The notes below the pieces were generated by a model. The model was not told the origin of the DNA, searched no databases, and saw only the letters and a program-made list of their open reading frames with translations. A program made the position numbers and the translations under genes. Shown here one piece after another: positions 38,810 to 51,531 of a stretch of 64,000 bases of DNA (positions within the stretch are counted from its first letter, which is position 1; every line of letters starts with the position of its first letter). This DNA is from Eledone cirrhosa (Eukaryota): positions 105,648,001 through 105,712,000 of the forward strand of contig OZ024741.1 of the NCBI GenBank assembly GCA_964016885.1. The letters are read 5' to 3'.

Positions 38810-41380
38810 CGACATCGACAAGGACGCTTTCTATGAACAGCTGCAGGACACATTTAATAACTTGCCCAGCCATGACATCAAACTACTAATCGGTGATTTA
38901 AACGCTCAGATTGGCTGCAACAGACAGGGACTGGAACAGGTCACTGGGCAATTTGGTTCTGCTGCAGTCACCACGGACAACGGCGAGAGACTGCAGCTGT
39001 TTTGTGCCATCAACAGCTTGTGCATTAGCAACACCTATTTCAAACACAAGGCGACTCACAAGGCTACTTGGCAGTCTCCGGACCAGATAAGCCGAAATGG
39101 GATTGACTACATCTGCATCAACCAGCGCTGGCGGTCTTCGGTGCGTGACGTCAGAGTGTACCGAGGTGCGGACGTTAGCTCAGACCTACTGTGTGTGGAA
39201 CTTCAGCTACGCCTGAAGAAACAGACACGACAGGAAAGATGAAACCCATATGCAGTGGAGAAGCTGAAGTATCCCGGTCAAGTGCGACTGTACCAACTGG
39301 CGCTACACAACCGATTCCAGCAGTTGAGTGAGGCTGCAGATCTGGAAGATCAATGGACGATATTCACGACAGCGGTGACTGAGGCAGCACAAGAAACTAT
39401 TGGCCGAAGACGAGGAACGAGGAGGAAAAAATGGATCCAAGAATCAGCATGAGACCTGATTGACAGACGAAAAAAGGCAAAAGTCGAGCGAGATTCTGCC
39501 AGATCGGAGGAAGACCAAAAGAAAAGAGATGTCGTATACCGCCAAATCGACTGACTGGTAAAGCGAAGCTGCCGGTGGGACAAACGTGACTGGCTGGAGA
39601 AAAAAGGGTGGTGAGGTAGAGGAAGCTGTTGGTCGAAACGACACAAAAGCATTGTTCCGCATCGTGAGGGAGTTGACAAGGAATATCGTGCGGTGCCAAC
39701 ATGCCAGTGAAGGACAAAAATGGCAAGATGTTGACCACTGGAGCGGAACAGGAGCAGAGATGGATGGAGCACTTCTGGGAGACGCTGAACCAACCAAATC
39801 CGGTCGCCCTGATAGACTTGACCGCAGAGACTCCAGCAACCACTGAGGTACTCAAAGTCTGCGAGGACCATATCACCAAGCAAGAGACGAGAGATGCGAT
39901 TAGCCACTTGAGGAACGGCAAAGCAGGCGGACTGGATGAGATCTCTGCTGAGCTGCTCAAATTCGGTGAGGAGAGGACGATAACGGCGTTGACAGACTTG
40001 ATGAACCACTGCTGGAGAGTTGGTCGGGTTCTCCTTGAGTGGTAGCGCGGTGTCATCGTCAAACTGCCGAAGAAGGGAAACCTGGCAGACTGCAACAACT
40101 GGCGTGGTATCACATTGCTGTCAGTCCCAGGCAAGGTGTTCTGCACTGTGCTGCTGCGTCGATCCGGCAGGCCATCGACTCAGTGCTCCGGGAGGAACAA
40201 GCCGGCTTCTGAAAAAATCGATCTTGCACGGAACAGATCTTTACACTACGCAACATATTCTCGAACAATGCGTTGATCTACAACAGACTTTGGCGGTCAA
40301 TCTTATTGATTTCCAGAAGGCATTCGACAGTGCACACCGGGAGTCACTGTGGAATGTTGCGCAACTGTACGGCATTTCTGCAAGATTCATCGCTATTTTC
40401 AAGGCCCTGTATGAAAACTCCAGCTGCTGCATGTCGACTGAGTCTGGTGTGACGGAGTTCTTTGACATTGTCTCTGGAGTCAGACAGGGTTGCATTCTCT
40501 CTCCACTGTTGTTCCTGCTGGCAGCCGATTTCGTACTAAGGCGAATGGATGAAGGACCCGGTCGAGGAATCCCATGGAGAGGGCAGTCGAGGCTGAGGGA
40601 CCTGGCATTCGCCAACGATATCGCTTTGATCGCTGAAAACAGTGCAGATCTGCAGGCCCTAACAACATCCCTACAAGAGATCGGCCTGAGAATCAACACC
40701 AAAAAGACCAAGGTCATGAGAACGGCCAGCAACACAGGTCCAGTGATTAGAGTCAACCAACAGGACCTCGAGGAAGTTGATCACTTCACCTATCTGGGCA
40801 GCATCCTGACAAGCAGCAGCGACGCGGAGCGCGACATCAACTGCTGGATCAGCAAAGGAGCCGCAGTTATCCAGCAGCTGTGCCCAGTCTGGTTGTCTTC
40901 ATGTATTAGCACCAAGACCAAGCTCTGCCTGTACAAGAGCATTGTGCTGCCGACAGTGCTTTATGCAAACGAGACCTGGAAGAGTACGGCAAAAATAGAG
41001 AGACGGCTGAACGCTTTCCACCAGCGGTGCCTGCGAAAGATCCTTCGTGTGTCCTGGCGCGACTGAGTGCGAAACGAGGAAATCCTGCGGAGAGCCGAGT
41101 CGTGGACACTACAGAGAGTGGTCACGGAGCGTCGGTGCCGTCTGGCTGGCCATATTCTGCGTCTGAATGGCATTCGAAAACAGCGATGAACTGGACTCCG
41201 ACTGGCGGTAAACGGAGGCGGGGTTGCCCAAGGATCCCCTGGCGACGAACGTTCCGGAAGGACCTGATGGCAGCCAACATCACCTGGCACAGTCTCAAAA
41301 AAGTTGCCGCTGATCGTAACCGTTGGCGAGTACTAACTGCTCGATGCGCCGAACGGCGCAGAAGAATCTAAGACTAAGAT
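38810..41380 (+). mobile_element. 5'-truncated RTE (BovB-like) LINE: APE endonuclease C-part + RT, disrupted
   Basis: GDLNAQIG..NGERL..NTYFKHK..TWQSPD..IDYI..RGADV; LPKKG..C.NWRGI.LLS.PGK; DFQKAFDS; SGVRQGCILSP; FANDI (decayed YADD); FTYLGS; GKRRRG.PR; ends CTAAGACTAAG. Several stops/frameshifts; flanked by TA runs. Confidence 0.95.
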
Positions 41381-41504
41381 ATATAAACCCATGCAAGCAT
41401 GGGAAAGCGGACCTAAAAACGATGATGATGATGATATATCCATACATATATATATATGTGTATAGATGTATGTATATATGTGTGGGTGTGTGAATGTACA
41501 TATG

Positions 41505-41548
<44 letters not shown>

Positions 41549-41577
41549 TCTCTCTCTCTATATATATATTATTATAT

Positions 41578-41918
41578 CATCATCATCATCATTTCATTTT
41601 ACGCCCGCTTTTCCCTGCTTGCAAGGGTGGGACAGGAACTGATTCTGGCTTGATTACTACAGCTGGATGCCCTTCCTAACACCAACCTCATTTACAGTGA
41701 GTGCTGGGTGCTTTTTTGCTGTGGCACCTCCACGACCACTTTGCAGTGGAATGATAGGGACCCCAGTCCCTATCATCTCATTTCTACAGCTGAGGAAACT
41801 GGAGCAATGTGAAATAAAGTGTCTTGCTCAAGGAAACAACACATCACCCGGTCTGAGAATTGAACTCACAACCTTTCGATTGCAAGGCCAATGCTTTAAC
41901 CACTAAGCCATGTACCTC
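41578..41918 (-). mobile_element. SINE family A (CORE + RTE tail), full length
   Basis: Near-identical to the reverse complement of 49161-49510. Confidence 0.92.
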
Positions 41919-42804
41919 CTTATATATTTACATATATATCATCATCATCATCATTTAACGTCCATTTTCGATGCTTGCATGGGTTAGATGGGTTGTTATG
42001 TTATAAGAAAAGACAGGTCTGAAGACTACTTCTTGCTCATACGGACATATTTTAACTTGGTTTCTATGGCTTGATACCCTTCCTAACACCAACCACTTTA
42101 CAGTGTGGACTGGGTGCTTTTTTTTGTCGTGTCACTAACACAACCATCTTACTCTGTGGACTGGATGCTTTTTGTTGTCTCCAGCACAACAACTTTACAA
42201 TGTAGACTGGGCACTTTGTGTCATGTTACCAACTGACCTCTTGACAGTGCAGATAGGGTGCTTTTTCTCACATCACTATCATATTCACCTTACAGGATGG
42301 ACTGGGTGCTTTTGTTGTTGTGGCAGCTGGGTCAGCATACAGGGTGGACTTTGAGCTTTTTGTCATGACATGGCATTATGGAAGATCAGATAGGGAGTGT
42401 GTCAAGCTTTCATGGGCTGGGTAGGTGACACATATCAAGGGGGAGGGGCAGGTAAGTGAGTTCAACATCGGTTAGATGTGTGGGATATTTTGCAGGTGTG
42501 AGTGGGATATTTTGCAGGCGTGAGTGGGATATTTTGTAGGCATGAGTTGGATATTAAGGTGAGGGGTGTACAGGTAGGAAAGGATTGCTGCAAGTTAGTG
42601 TGTCCTCAGCATGTTTGTTTCATTTTATTTCATGCACATTTAGGAAAGTTTTCTGCAGTACAGCATAATGCCAGTGGTCATGATCCCCTGTCATCTCTTT
42701 TGTGAGGTTTAATTGGGCAAGTTCATCTTTTATCTCTTCTTCCCAAGTTTTTCTAGATCTTCCTCTTCCATAGTTACCATCAACTTTGAGTGCCCTGCAC
42801 CTCT

Positions 42805-42854
<50 letters not shown>

Positions 42855-43487
42855 CCTGAGTTGTTAAAAGCCTTAGATATTCTCTGGCTGAATCATGTGA
42901 GCTGGGTGGTCTGGATCTCTGGAAAGGCACTTAAATAATGGCAATTAGGAGTGATAATCCCAATTTTCAAAGAGGCAGATAAGAGATTATTCCAGTTACA
43001 AAGGAGTCTCCTTGATAAACCTCCCCAATAGAGTCTATGCTAAGTGTCTGGCAAAGAGATGTAGGGATATTGTTAAGTCCAAGTAAACTGACAAACAGTA
43101 TGGTTTTTATCCCAGATGCAGCAAGTCTGAGATATCGTGGGAATATTGCCAAGAGGTGTATGCTTGCTTCATAGACTTTGAAAAGGCATATGACCACAGG
43201 ACCTGTTGTGGAAGGTTTTACAGAAGTATGGCATCAATGGACAGTTTATAATTGCCCTGATATCTCTATACAGATGCCCTCTAAATGGTGCTAAGTTGAA
43301 ACCATTCAATGGTTTCTTCTGACAGAACACACTGGAAGGTGTGCTTGAGGACTCCTTTCCCACAACCCTCCTAGGAATAAGAGGGCAAAGAAGAATATAT
43401 ATATATATATATATATTCTTCTTTGCCCCCTTATTCCTAGGATATATATATATATATATGTATGTATGTATGTATATATATATATCA

Positions 43488-44093
43488 GTCAGGTCACCAG
43501 TTGGTGCTACTGGTAACATGTATCCCAGTACAACCTGTCTCATGGTCGGGTCGTTGGCGACTAAACTGGCAACCCCACCAAGGTTTCTTGGTGAGGAGGG
43601 TGACTTTGGACATCCTGCAGGACTAAAAGCAAAACCTGTCAAAGGGCAAAGGAGCTCTTAAGAGTCAATGGCCATCCAAAATCACCGGGAGAGATGACCC
43701 CTTAGCCTTTGTCAAGGCAGAATTCTAGGAGAAGGAAAACTCTGATATAACACCTGCAACCCTGATGGTATCCAATGATGTTGACTTGTTCTTCTTTTTG
43801 GTAAATATCATCTTGGTTAAGAGAGTGGGACTGGCTTTGTGCAGTGCCTTTTCTCACTATAAAAGCTTCACGGCACAGGCATTGCTTTATATCTGGAGAT
43901 CTCTCTGCACTTGTCATCACATGGTACCATGGGTCCAGCACTATGTGTCAATAATTGTCACAAGTGTAGTGTTTGTACCAGAGTTTTCAAGTCGCTGGCT
44001 GGACTAAAAAGTCACACTCGTTCAGCGCATCGGTAGGGGTCCTCCTACATGGATATAAAGTAGTGGCCGTACTCGAAAACGAGTTGGCAGCCA

Positions 44094-44097
<4 letters not shown>
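43488..44097 (+). mobile_element. ~610-bp non-coding, RTE-5'UTR-like non-autonomous retroelement
   Basis: Contains CTAGGAGAAGGAAAACTCTGA (motif common in RTE 5' UTRs); 3' CTCG-AAAA-CGAG stem-loop then GGCAGCCACC(AT)n; flanked by TA/TATG microsatellites; near-identical copy 61211-61768. Confidence 0.7.
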
Positions 44098-44140
<43 letters not shown>

Positions 44141-44143
<3 letters not shown>

Positions 44144-46078
44144 TCACCCGGATAGTAAACCAAGTCATACAGAATGGGGTTGTTCCGAAGGACTGGCGTA
44201 GCAGCATCATCATTAACTGCTACAAGGGTAAGGGAGATGCCCTAGATAGGAGTAACTATAGAGGCATTAAATTAATCGACCAGGTCATGAAGGTCACAGA
44301 AAAAGTAATAGCGCAACTAATCAGAGAGAGAATTGATCTAGATGAAATACAGTTCGGGTTTGTGTCAGGTAAAAGTACCACAGACGCTCTTTTCATTGTA
44401 CGACAACTACAGGAGAAGTACCTAGCTAAAAGTAAACCCCTATACTTAGCTTTTGTCAACTTGGAGAAAGCCTTTGACAGAGTCCCCCGTTCCATTATCT
44501 GGTGGGCTCTTAGAAAACTAGGTGTTGAATGGCTTGTGAGAGATATACAAGCCATGTATAAAGAAACAGTCAGCAAGGTTAGAATTAACAACGAATATAG
44601 TGAAGAGTTTAGCGTAAAAGTTGGTGTTCATCAGGGCTCCGTTCTTTGCCCCTACTATTTATTATTGCCCTTCAGGCTATAACAGTGGAGTTCAAGACCG
44701 GCTGCCCATGGGAACTCCTATACGCAGATGATCTAACGCTCATAGCTGAATCAATGGCCGAACTAGAGAAGAAATTCCAAACATGGAAGCATGGCCTAGA
44801 ATCAAAAGGCCTTAAAATTAACCTGTCTAAGACTAAAGTTCTAGTTTGTAGGAAGGAAAATAGGGCGCCGGTCCCATCCGGGAAATGGCCATGCTCAGTG
44901 TGTAGGAAAGGAGTAGGTAGAAACTCCATTTTATGTCCCAAATGCAAAGTATGGGTGCATAAAAGATGTAGTGGGATCACAGGTAAGCTAACTAAGAACA
45001 TAGATTTTATATGTGGCCGGTGCTCTGGTGCAATAAGTAGCAGCAAGTGCCCACAAAATACTAGCTCTTTCAATTGCGGAGAGGGTTCTATAGAAATAGT
45101 GGACAGCTTCCGTTACCTGGGTGACAAAATCAGCAGTGGGGGAGGGTGCTCTGAAAGTACAGTAGCTAGAGTCAGAACTGGATGGAAAAAGTTCAGAGAG
45201 CTTATACCACTATTAGCCGCTAAAGGGTTCTCCCTAAAAATGAAAGGCAGGCTGTATGATGCCTGCATACGAACAGCAATGTTGCATGGCAGTGAGACCT
45301 GGGCATTGTGTGCAGAGGATATACGCAGACTAGAGAGGAAGGAAGCTTGCATGCTCCGCTGGATGTGTAATAGTAATATCCGTGAACGGCAAAGCATAAA
45401 CGAACTAAGGGAAAAATTAGAAATAAGAGGGATCAGATGTTGTTTACTCGAGAGAAGGCTACGCTGGTATGGTCACGTGATGCGCATGAAAGACGACAGC
45501 TGTATAAAAAAGTGCAGGGCAATAAAAATAGACGGTAGCCACGGAGTAGGCAGACCCAGAAAAACCTGGGACGACTTGATAAATTCCGACCTCACACACT
45601 TACACCTCTCCAAGACAATTTTACTGGACCGAGATCTTTGGTGCTACACAGTAATAGAGAAGACCCGCCTTACCTAAATACAAGGTAAAACCTACTACAG
45701 TCAGTAGGCACCTCTAACAAAATACACCACCGTCCCACTACCCCCACCCCATCCACACCACCCCTTTCAATGTAAAGTTATGTTGGTACCACAACATCCA
45801 GGCCGAAACAAATGAGGTCGTGTAGGTGTCATGACAAAAAAACACACAGTCCACGCTGTAATGTGGCCGTGTAGGTAACACGGTAAAAACCTCCCAGTTC
45901 CACACTGTAAATGTGGTTGGTGTTAGGAAGGGCATCCAGCCGTAGAAAACCCACCAGACAGTCCTATGCGAGCAAGACAACCACTCTTGCCTTAAGTGGG
46001 AAAAATCCCGTCCAAACCCATGCAAGCGTGGAATATGGACGTTAAACGATGATGATGATGATGATGATGATGATGATA
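44141..46078 (+). mobile_element. 5'-truncated RTE LINE with PHD-type finger in RT, plus 3' UTR and (GAT)n tail
   Basis: YKGKGD..NYRGIKL, QFGF..GKSTTDA, LEKAFDRVP, GVHQGSVL, LYADDL, C4HC3 cluster, FRYLG, RLRWYGHV; one frameshift near 44646; stop 45677. Confidence 0.95.
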
Positions 46079-46107
46079 TATATATATATTGTATATATAT
46101 ATATATA

Positions 46108-48700
46108 CAAACGATAATGACTTCCTAATCATTGCAGGAGATTTTAACGGACACGTAGGTAAACACTGTGACGGCTTCAATAGAGTCCATGGAGGCCACG
46201 GGGTTGGCACAAGAAATGACATGTCGATATGTAACACAAACTTCAAAAAACCCGACAACCACCTGATCACCTATAGATCAGGGGAACATTCTAGTCAGAT
46301 AGATTTTATTCTCATCAGAGGACGTGACAGATGGACGGTCATAAACACAAAAGCCTAACCTAGTGAGGAATGTACCTCCCAACATAGCTTAGTTGTCAGC
46401 GACCTCACGGTCAGAACTAGACGAACCTGGAAACAGAGGCCAACCTGGAGAAGAAAGATCTGGAAGCTGAAAGACCCCTCAGCCAGTAACAGATTTAAAG
46501 ATATTTTACTCAACGCCTACGACAATAAAGAAGAACAGATAAAGACATTCAATGTAGAAGAGCACTGGGAGTTCCTAAAACATAACTTACTAGAGGCGAC
46601 AAATGAGGTCTGTGGTTGGAGTAAGACCACAAGCTGGAGGAGAGTGACTTGGTGGTGGAACAATAAGGTAGATGAGGCAGTTAAGGCCAAGAGACAGGCA
46701 TGGAAAGAATGGAAGAACGGGGGTGGGGGAGCAGGGTACGTTACATAGAGACCAGGAGGGAAGCTAGGCGACAAGTATACTTAGCTAGGAGGGAAGCAGA
46801 GGATAGAAAATTCAAGCATGTTTTGCAACGTGAGGACCAGAAACTAGAGGTGTTCAAGATTGCGAGGCAGTGTGTCAGAGAGAATTGTGATGTCATTGGA
46901 GAGAAGTGTATCCAGAATGATAAAGGTGAGCTTGCCCTCACAAGTGCTGAGAAGAAAGATGCATGGAAGAGCCATTATGATAGATTACTAAATGAGGAGA
47001 ATGCATGGGAACGAGAGGCCCTACCCCAAGTAGATCCTATAGAGGGGCCAACAGTACAAGTCAGCAGCAGCGTAGTAAGTAAGGCAATCAAAGATATGAA
47101 AATGGGGAAGGCAACCGGTCCATCGGGTATAGCTACCGAGATGCTGAAGGCATCTGGGTCTGTAGGTCACACTATAACCACACGTATTGTTAACCAGGTA
47201 ATACTAGGTGTCATATCAAAAGAGTGGTGCAGTAGCATCATTGTCAACTGCTACAAAGGTAAAGGTGATGCACTAGATAGAGGAAACTATGGAGGTATAA
47301 AGCTGATGGACCAGGTCATGAAAGTAACAGAAAGAGTTATAGAACAGTTGATTAGGGACCGGGTGAAACTAGATGAGATGCAATTTGGGTTTGTTCCAGG
47401 AAGAAGCACCACTGATGCCCTCTTCCTTGTGAGGCAGTTACAGGAAAAGTACCTAGCTAAAAGTAAGCCACTCTACCTGGTATTCGTCGATCTCGAGAAA
47501 GTCTTTGACAGAGTTCCATGTGCTGTAATCTGGTGGGCTCTTAGAAAACTAGGAGTAGATGAATGGCTTGTGAAAGCTGTACAAGCCATGTATAGGGGAG
47601 CAGTCAGCAAAGTTAGGATTAGCAATGAGTATAGCGAGGAATTTAGCGTACAGGTTGGTGTCCACCAGGGCTCTGTTCTTAGCCCTCTCCTGTTCATCAT
47701 AGGAAAGGTGTAGGTAGGAACTCCATTCTCTGTCCCAAATGCAAACAATGGGTACACAAGAGATGTAGCAGGATCTCAGGAAGCTTAATTAAGAATGTAG
47801 GCTTCACATGCAGCAGCTGTGCTGGGACAGCAAGCAGCAAACAGCCACAGGAAACAAGTACCACCAATCTCTGGGAGAGCTCTGTAGAAACATGAGACAG
47901 CTTCTGCTACCTAAGTGACCGAATTAGCAGCGGAGGTGGGTGTTCAGAAAGTACAATAACTAGGGTAAGAATGGGATGGAAGAAGTTCAGGGAACCACTG
48001 CTAGCTGCAAAAGGTTTCTCACTCAAAATGAAAGGCAGACTGTATGATGCGTGTATCCGAACAGCGATGTTACATGGTAGTGAGACCTGGGCGCTGAAGG
48101 TGGAAGACTTACGTAGATTAGAAAGAAACGAAGCCTGCATGCTCCGATGGATGTGTAATAGTAATATACGTGAACGACAAAGCATAAATGAATTGAGAGA
48201 GAGACTGAGCATAAGAGGAATCAAATGCTGTGTGCAGGAGAGGCGGTTGCATTGGTATGGGCATCTGATGCGTATGAAGGATGACAGCTGCATAAAAAGG
48301 TGCAGAGCACTAGAAGTCAATGGAGACCGCGGAGTGGGGAGACCCAAGAAGACCTGGGATGAGGTGATAAAAGCCGACCTTACCCAATTACACCTCTCAA
48401 AGGCGATGACACACGACCGTGACGTCTGGCGTCACGCAGTAATACAGAGTACCCGACCTCCCATGGGTACAAGCTGAAGCATATAGACAATATTCCCCCA
48501 CACCCTCCCACTGCAAGGTGGTCGTGGCGGTGCCACGGCAAAAAAGCACCCAGCCCACACTGTAAAGTGGACGTGTAGGCGCCACAGAAGAAGCACCCAG
48601 CACTCACTGTAAATGAGGTTGGTGTTAGGAAGGGCATCCAGCTGGTGAAATCAAGCCAAAATCAGTTCCTGTATGAGCAAGGCATGGTCAGCTGACCAGA
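46108..48700 (+). mobile_element. Second RTE copy (EN C-part to 3' UTR) with internal deletions
   Basis: GDFNGHVG, NTNFKK..HLITY.SG...QIDFIL; RT motifs; deletion at ~47700 removes YADD and first two PHD cysteines; stop 48477. Confidence 0.95.
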
Positions 48701-48781
48701 CAGTAAAAAATTGAACGGTAACAAAACAGAGAGGCAGTACGAACAAAGGTTTATTAGTTTCACGCTCTTGAGAGTAGGGTG

Positions 48782-48823
<42 letters not shown>

Positions 48824-48852
48824 TATATATATATATATATACATATATATAC

Positions 48853-48936
<84 letters not shown>

Positions 48937-48943
48937 TACATAC

Positions 48944-48992
<49 letters not shown>

Positions 48993-49160
48993 CATCATCA
49001 TCATCATCGTTTAACGTCCATATTCCACTCTTGCATGAGTTTGGACGAGAGCTTTCCCACTTGAGGCAAGAGTGGTTGTCTTGCTCGCATAGGACTGTCT
49101 GGCGGGTTTTCTACGGCTGGATGCCCTTCCTAACACCAACCACATTTACATATATATAAT

Positions 49161-49510
49161 GGAGGCACATGGCTTAGTGGTTAGAGCATTGACCTTGCAA
49201 TCGAAAGGTTGTGAGTTCAATTCTCAGACCGGGTGATGTGTTGTTTCCTTGAGCAAGACACTTTATTTCACATTGCTCCAGTTTACTCAGCTGTAGAAAT
49301 GAGATGATAGGGACTGGGGTCCATATCATTCCACTGCAAAGTGGTCGTGGAGGTGCCACGGCAAAAAGGCACCCAGCACTCACTGTAAATGAGGTTGGTG
49401 TTAGGAAGGGCATGCAGCTGTAGAAATCAAGCGAGAATCAGTTCCCGTCCCACCCTTGCAAGCAGGGAAAAAGCGGACGTAAAATGAAATGATGATGATG
49501 ATGATGATGA
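49161..49510 (+). mobile_element. SINE family A (tRNA head + CORE-like + RTE tail), full length
   Basis: A-box TGGCTTAGTGG, B-box GAGTTCAATTC, CORE-like block, tail shared with RTE 3' UTR 48520-48670, (GAT)n end. Confidence 0.93.
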
Positions 49511-49645
49511 TTGTTTCTACATTTGGCACAAGGCCAGCAATTATCCCAGAGTATTACTGGTGCTTTATTTTATCGACCCCGTAAGGATGAAAGGCAAAGT
49601 TAACCTCGGCCGGATTTGAACTCAGACAGTAAAGGGACATAACTA
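49511..49645 (-). mobile_element. SINE family B, 5'-truncated, tail-to-tail with family A
   Basis: Reverse complement of the family B 3' half. Confidence 0.85.
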
Positions 49646-50246
49646 TATATATATATATAATATTTAACAATTAAACAAATATAGGTCCTTGCGCTTTCAA
49701 ACTCTCTTTCTCCAGATTTTCCTGTGTTTCTGCTGTCTTGTGCTTATTCTGGTGTTGTTAATAACTAACTTGTGTTAGTTATCTTACATGATAAATGCAC
49801 GCAGTACACTCTGTAAAGTAGTAGGTGATAGGAAGGCTCTAGAAACCAACTGAAAACAAAGCTTATAAGCAGAGCCTATTTATTTGACCTGTCTGGCCTC
49901 AACACATGACAACCATCTAACCCATGCAAGCATGGAATACAGACAGTGATGATGATGAGGTACAAAGAACTGGTAAATGTGTGTGTATATACACATACAC
50001 ACATTTAACATATGAAGTTACTCTGAAGACAGTCAGAAGTCAGTCAATACATTTAATATTTTGTTAGATATAGAACTACTACTATTGTTAGTAAACACTA
50101 TATAGAACTGCTACTGTTAGTAAACACTATACAGAACTACTACTGTTAGTAAACACTATTTAGAACTATTACCACTGTTAGTAAAGACTAAGGAATATTT
50201 TTTACATTATCTAAAAGTCCTCCTCCTTATCTTCTCATAGACATAC

Positions 50247-50297
50247 ATTACACATGGCTATTACAGATGTTTTGCTGTATGAAGGTGACCTAAAGAC
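50247..50297 (-). CDS. Candidate coding exon (51 nt, phase 0-0): VFRSPSYSKTSVIAMCN
   Basis: Acceptor CCTGCTCCCTCCTCTAG, donor AAT|GTATGT. Confidence 0.3.
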
Positions 50298-50325
50298 CTA
50301 GAGGAGGGAGCAGGTGATATATATG

Positions 50326-50373
<48 letters not shown>

Positions 50374-50789
50374 TGATAGAAAGAGAAAAGGAAAGAAAGG
50401 GAAGGAAGGGAGAGAGAGGTAACAAAAGAAAGAGAAAAGGAAAGAGAAAGAGAGAGAAGGGAGGTGTAAAAGACATGAAGATGTGTGTTTGGTCTCAAGA
50501 GAAGTAATGATGGAGAGAATGGTGAATGCAGAAGACATAAATGAGAAGCTATTGATATATTTTATATTTAAAAAAATTGGTTGCTATTTTTTTTAGTTAT
50601 TTTGGTATATCTCTATGATTATTTCTTTTGTTTTATAAAATATATTTTTTCATATTTCTTGTATTTCATCTTCCTAACTCTTCTCATTTCTACCAATAGG
50701 CATCTCTGTCTGGAATTAAAAGCTTTCAATCTATTCCTAACATACGTTTTTGTTATAGTTGGTCTTTGTTTTTAAGGAGAAAAAATAAT

Positions 50790-51005
50790 GGTTTCTGATT
50801 TTGGCACAAAGCCAACAATTTTTGGGAGGGGAAAGTCGATTAAATCTACCCCTGTGCATTACTGGCACTTTATTTTATTGACCCTGTAAGGATGAAAGGC
50901 AAAGTTAACTTCGGCAGGATTTGAGCTCAGAATGTAAAGGGGCATAACTATATGCTGCAAAACATGATGTCCAATGCTCTACTGATACTGCAAATCCACC
51001 ACCCT
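50790..51005 (-). mobile_element. SINE family B
   Basis: Reverse complement matches family consensus. Confidence 0.85.
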
Positions 51006-51327
51006 TTAAGAGAAAGAATAATAAGTTAATATAAGGAGAAATGGGTTTATTGATATATGAAGATCTCTCTAGTGCTGGTGCTATGATAAAATATACCCAG
51101 TAGACTCTGCAAAGTGGTTAGTGATAGCATCCTTAGAAGCCATAGCAAAACAAGAATGTATGAGCCAGACATGAGTCCCTCAACACATCTAGGAGTATAG
51201 TAGATCTGACTTGATTTTGTTTTTGTTGATATTGTTGTTGTTAATGATGTTGTTTTTGTTGTAGTTATTGTAGTCGTCGTAGTATTAGCAGCAACTGTAG
51301 TGTGGTATTATTATTATTATTATTAAA

Positions 51328-51531
51328 GGGGGTGGATTGGCAGTATCGGTAGAGGGCTGGACGCCATGCTTTCCAGCATAGTTACGTCCCTTTACGATCT
51401 GAGTTCAAATCCCGCCGAGGTTGACTTTGCCTTTCATCCTTACGGGGTCGATAAAATAAAGTACAGTAATGCACTGGGTAATTGCTGGCCTTGTGCCTAA
51501 AGTAGAAACAATTATTATTATTATTATTATT
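51328..51531 (+). mobile_element. SINE family B, full length
   Basis: GGTGGATTGGCAGTATCGGTAGAG (A-box-like), GAGTTCAAATCCC (B-box), conserved central domain, (ATT)n tail. Confidence 0.92.

Noticed and set aside
43488-43580. HDV-like ribozyme at the 5' end of the 600-bp family
   Set aside because: P2/P4-like pairings and CTAA can be drawn, but no P1 3' strand fits the nested double pseudoknot order.
49161-49232. tRNA gene
   Set aside because: tRNA-like A/B boxes continue into CORE and RTE tail and recur in multiple copies: SINE head.
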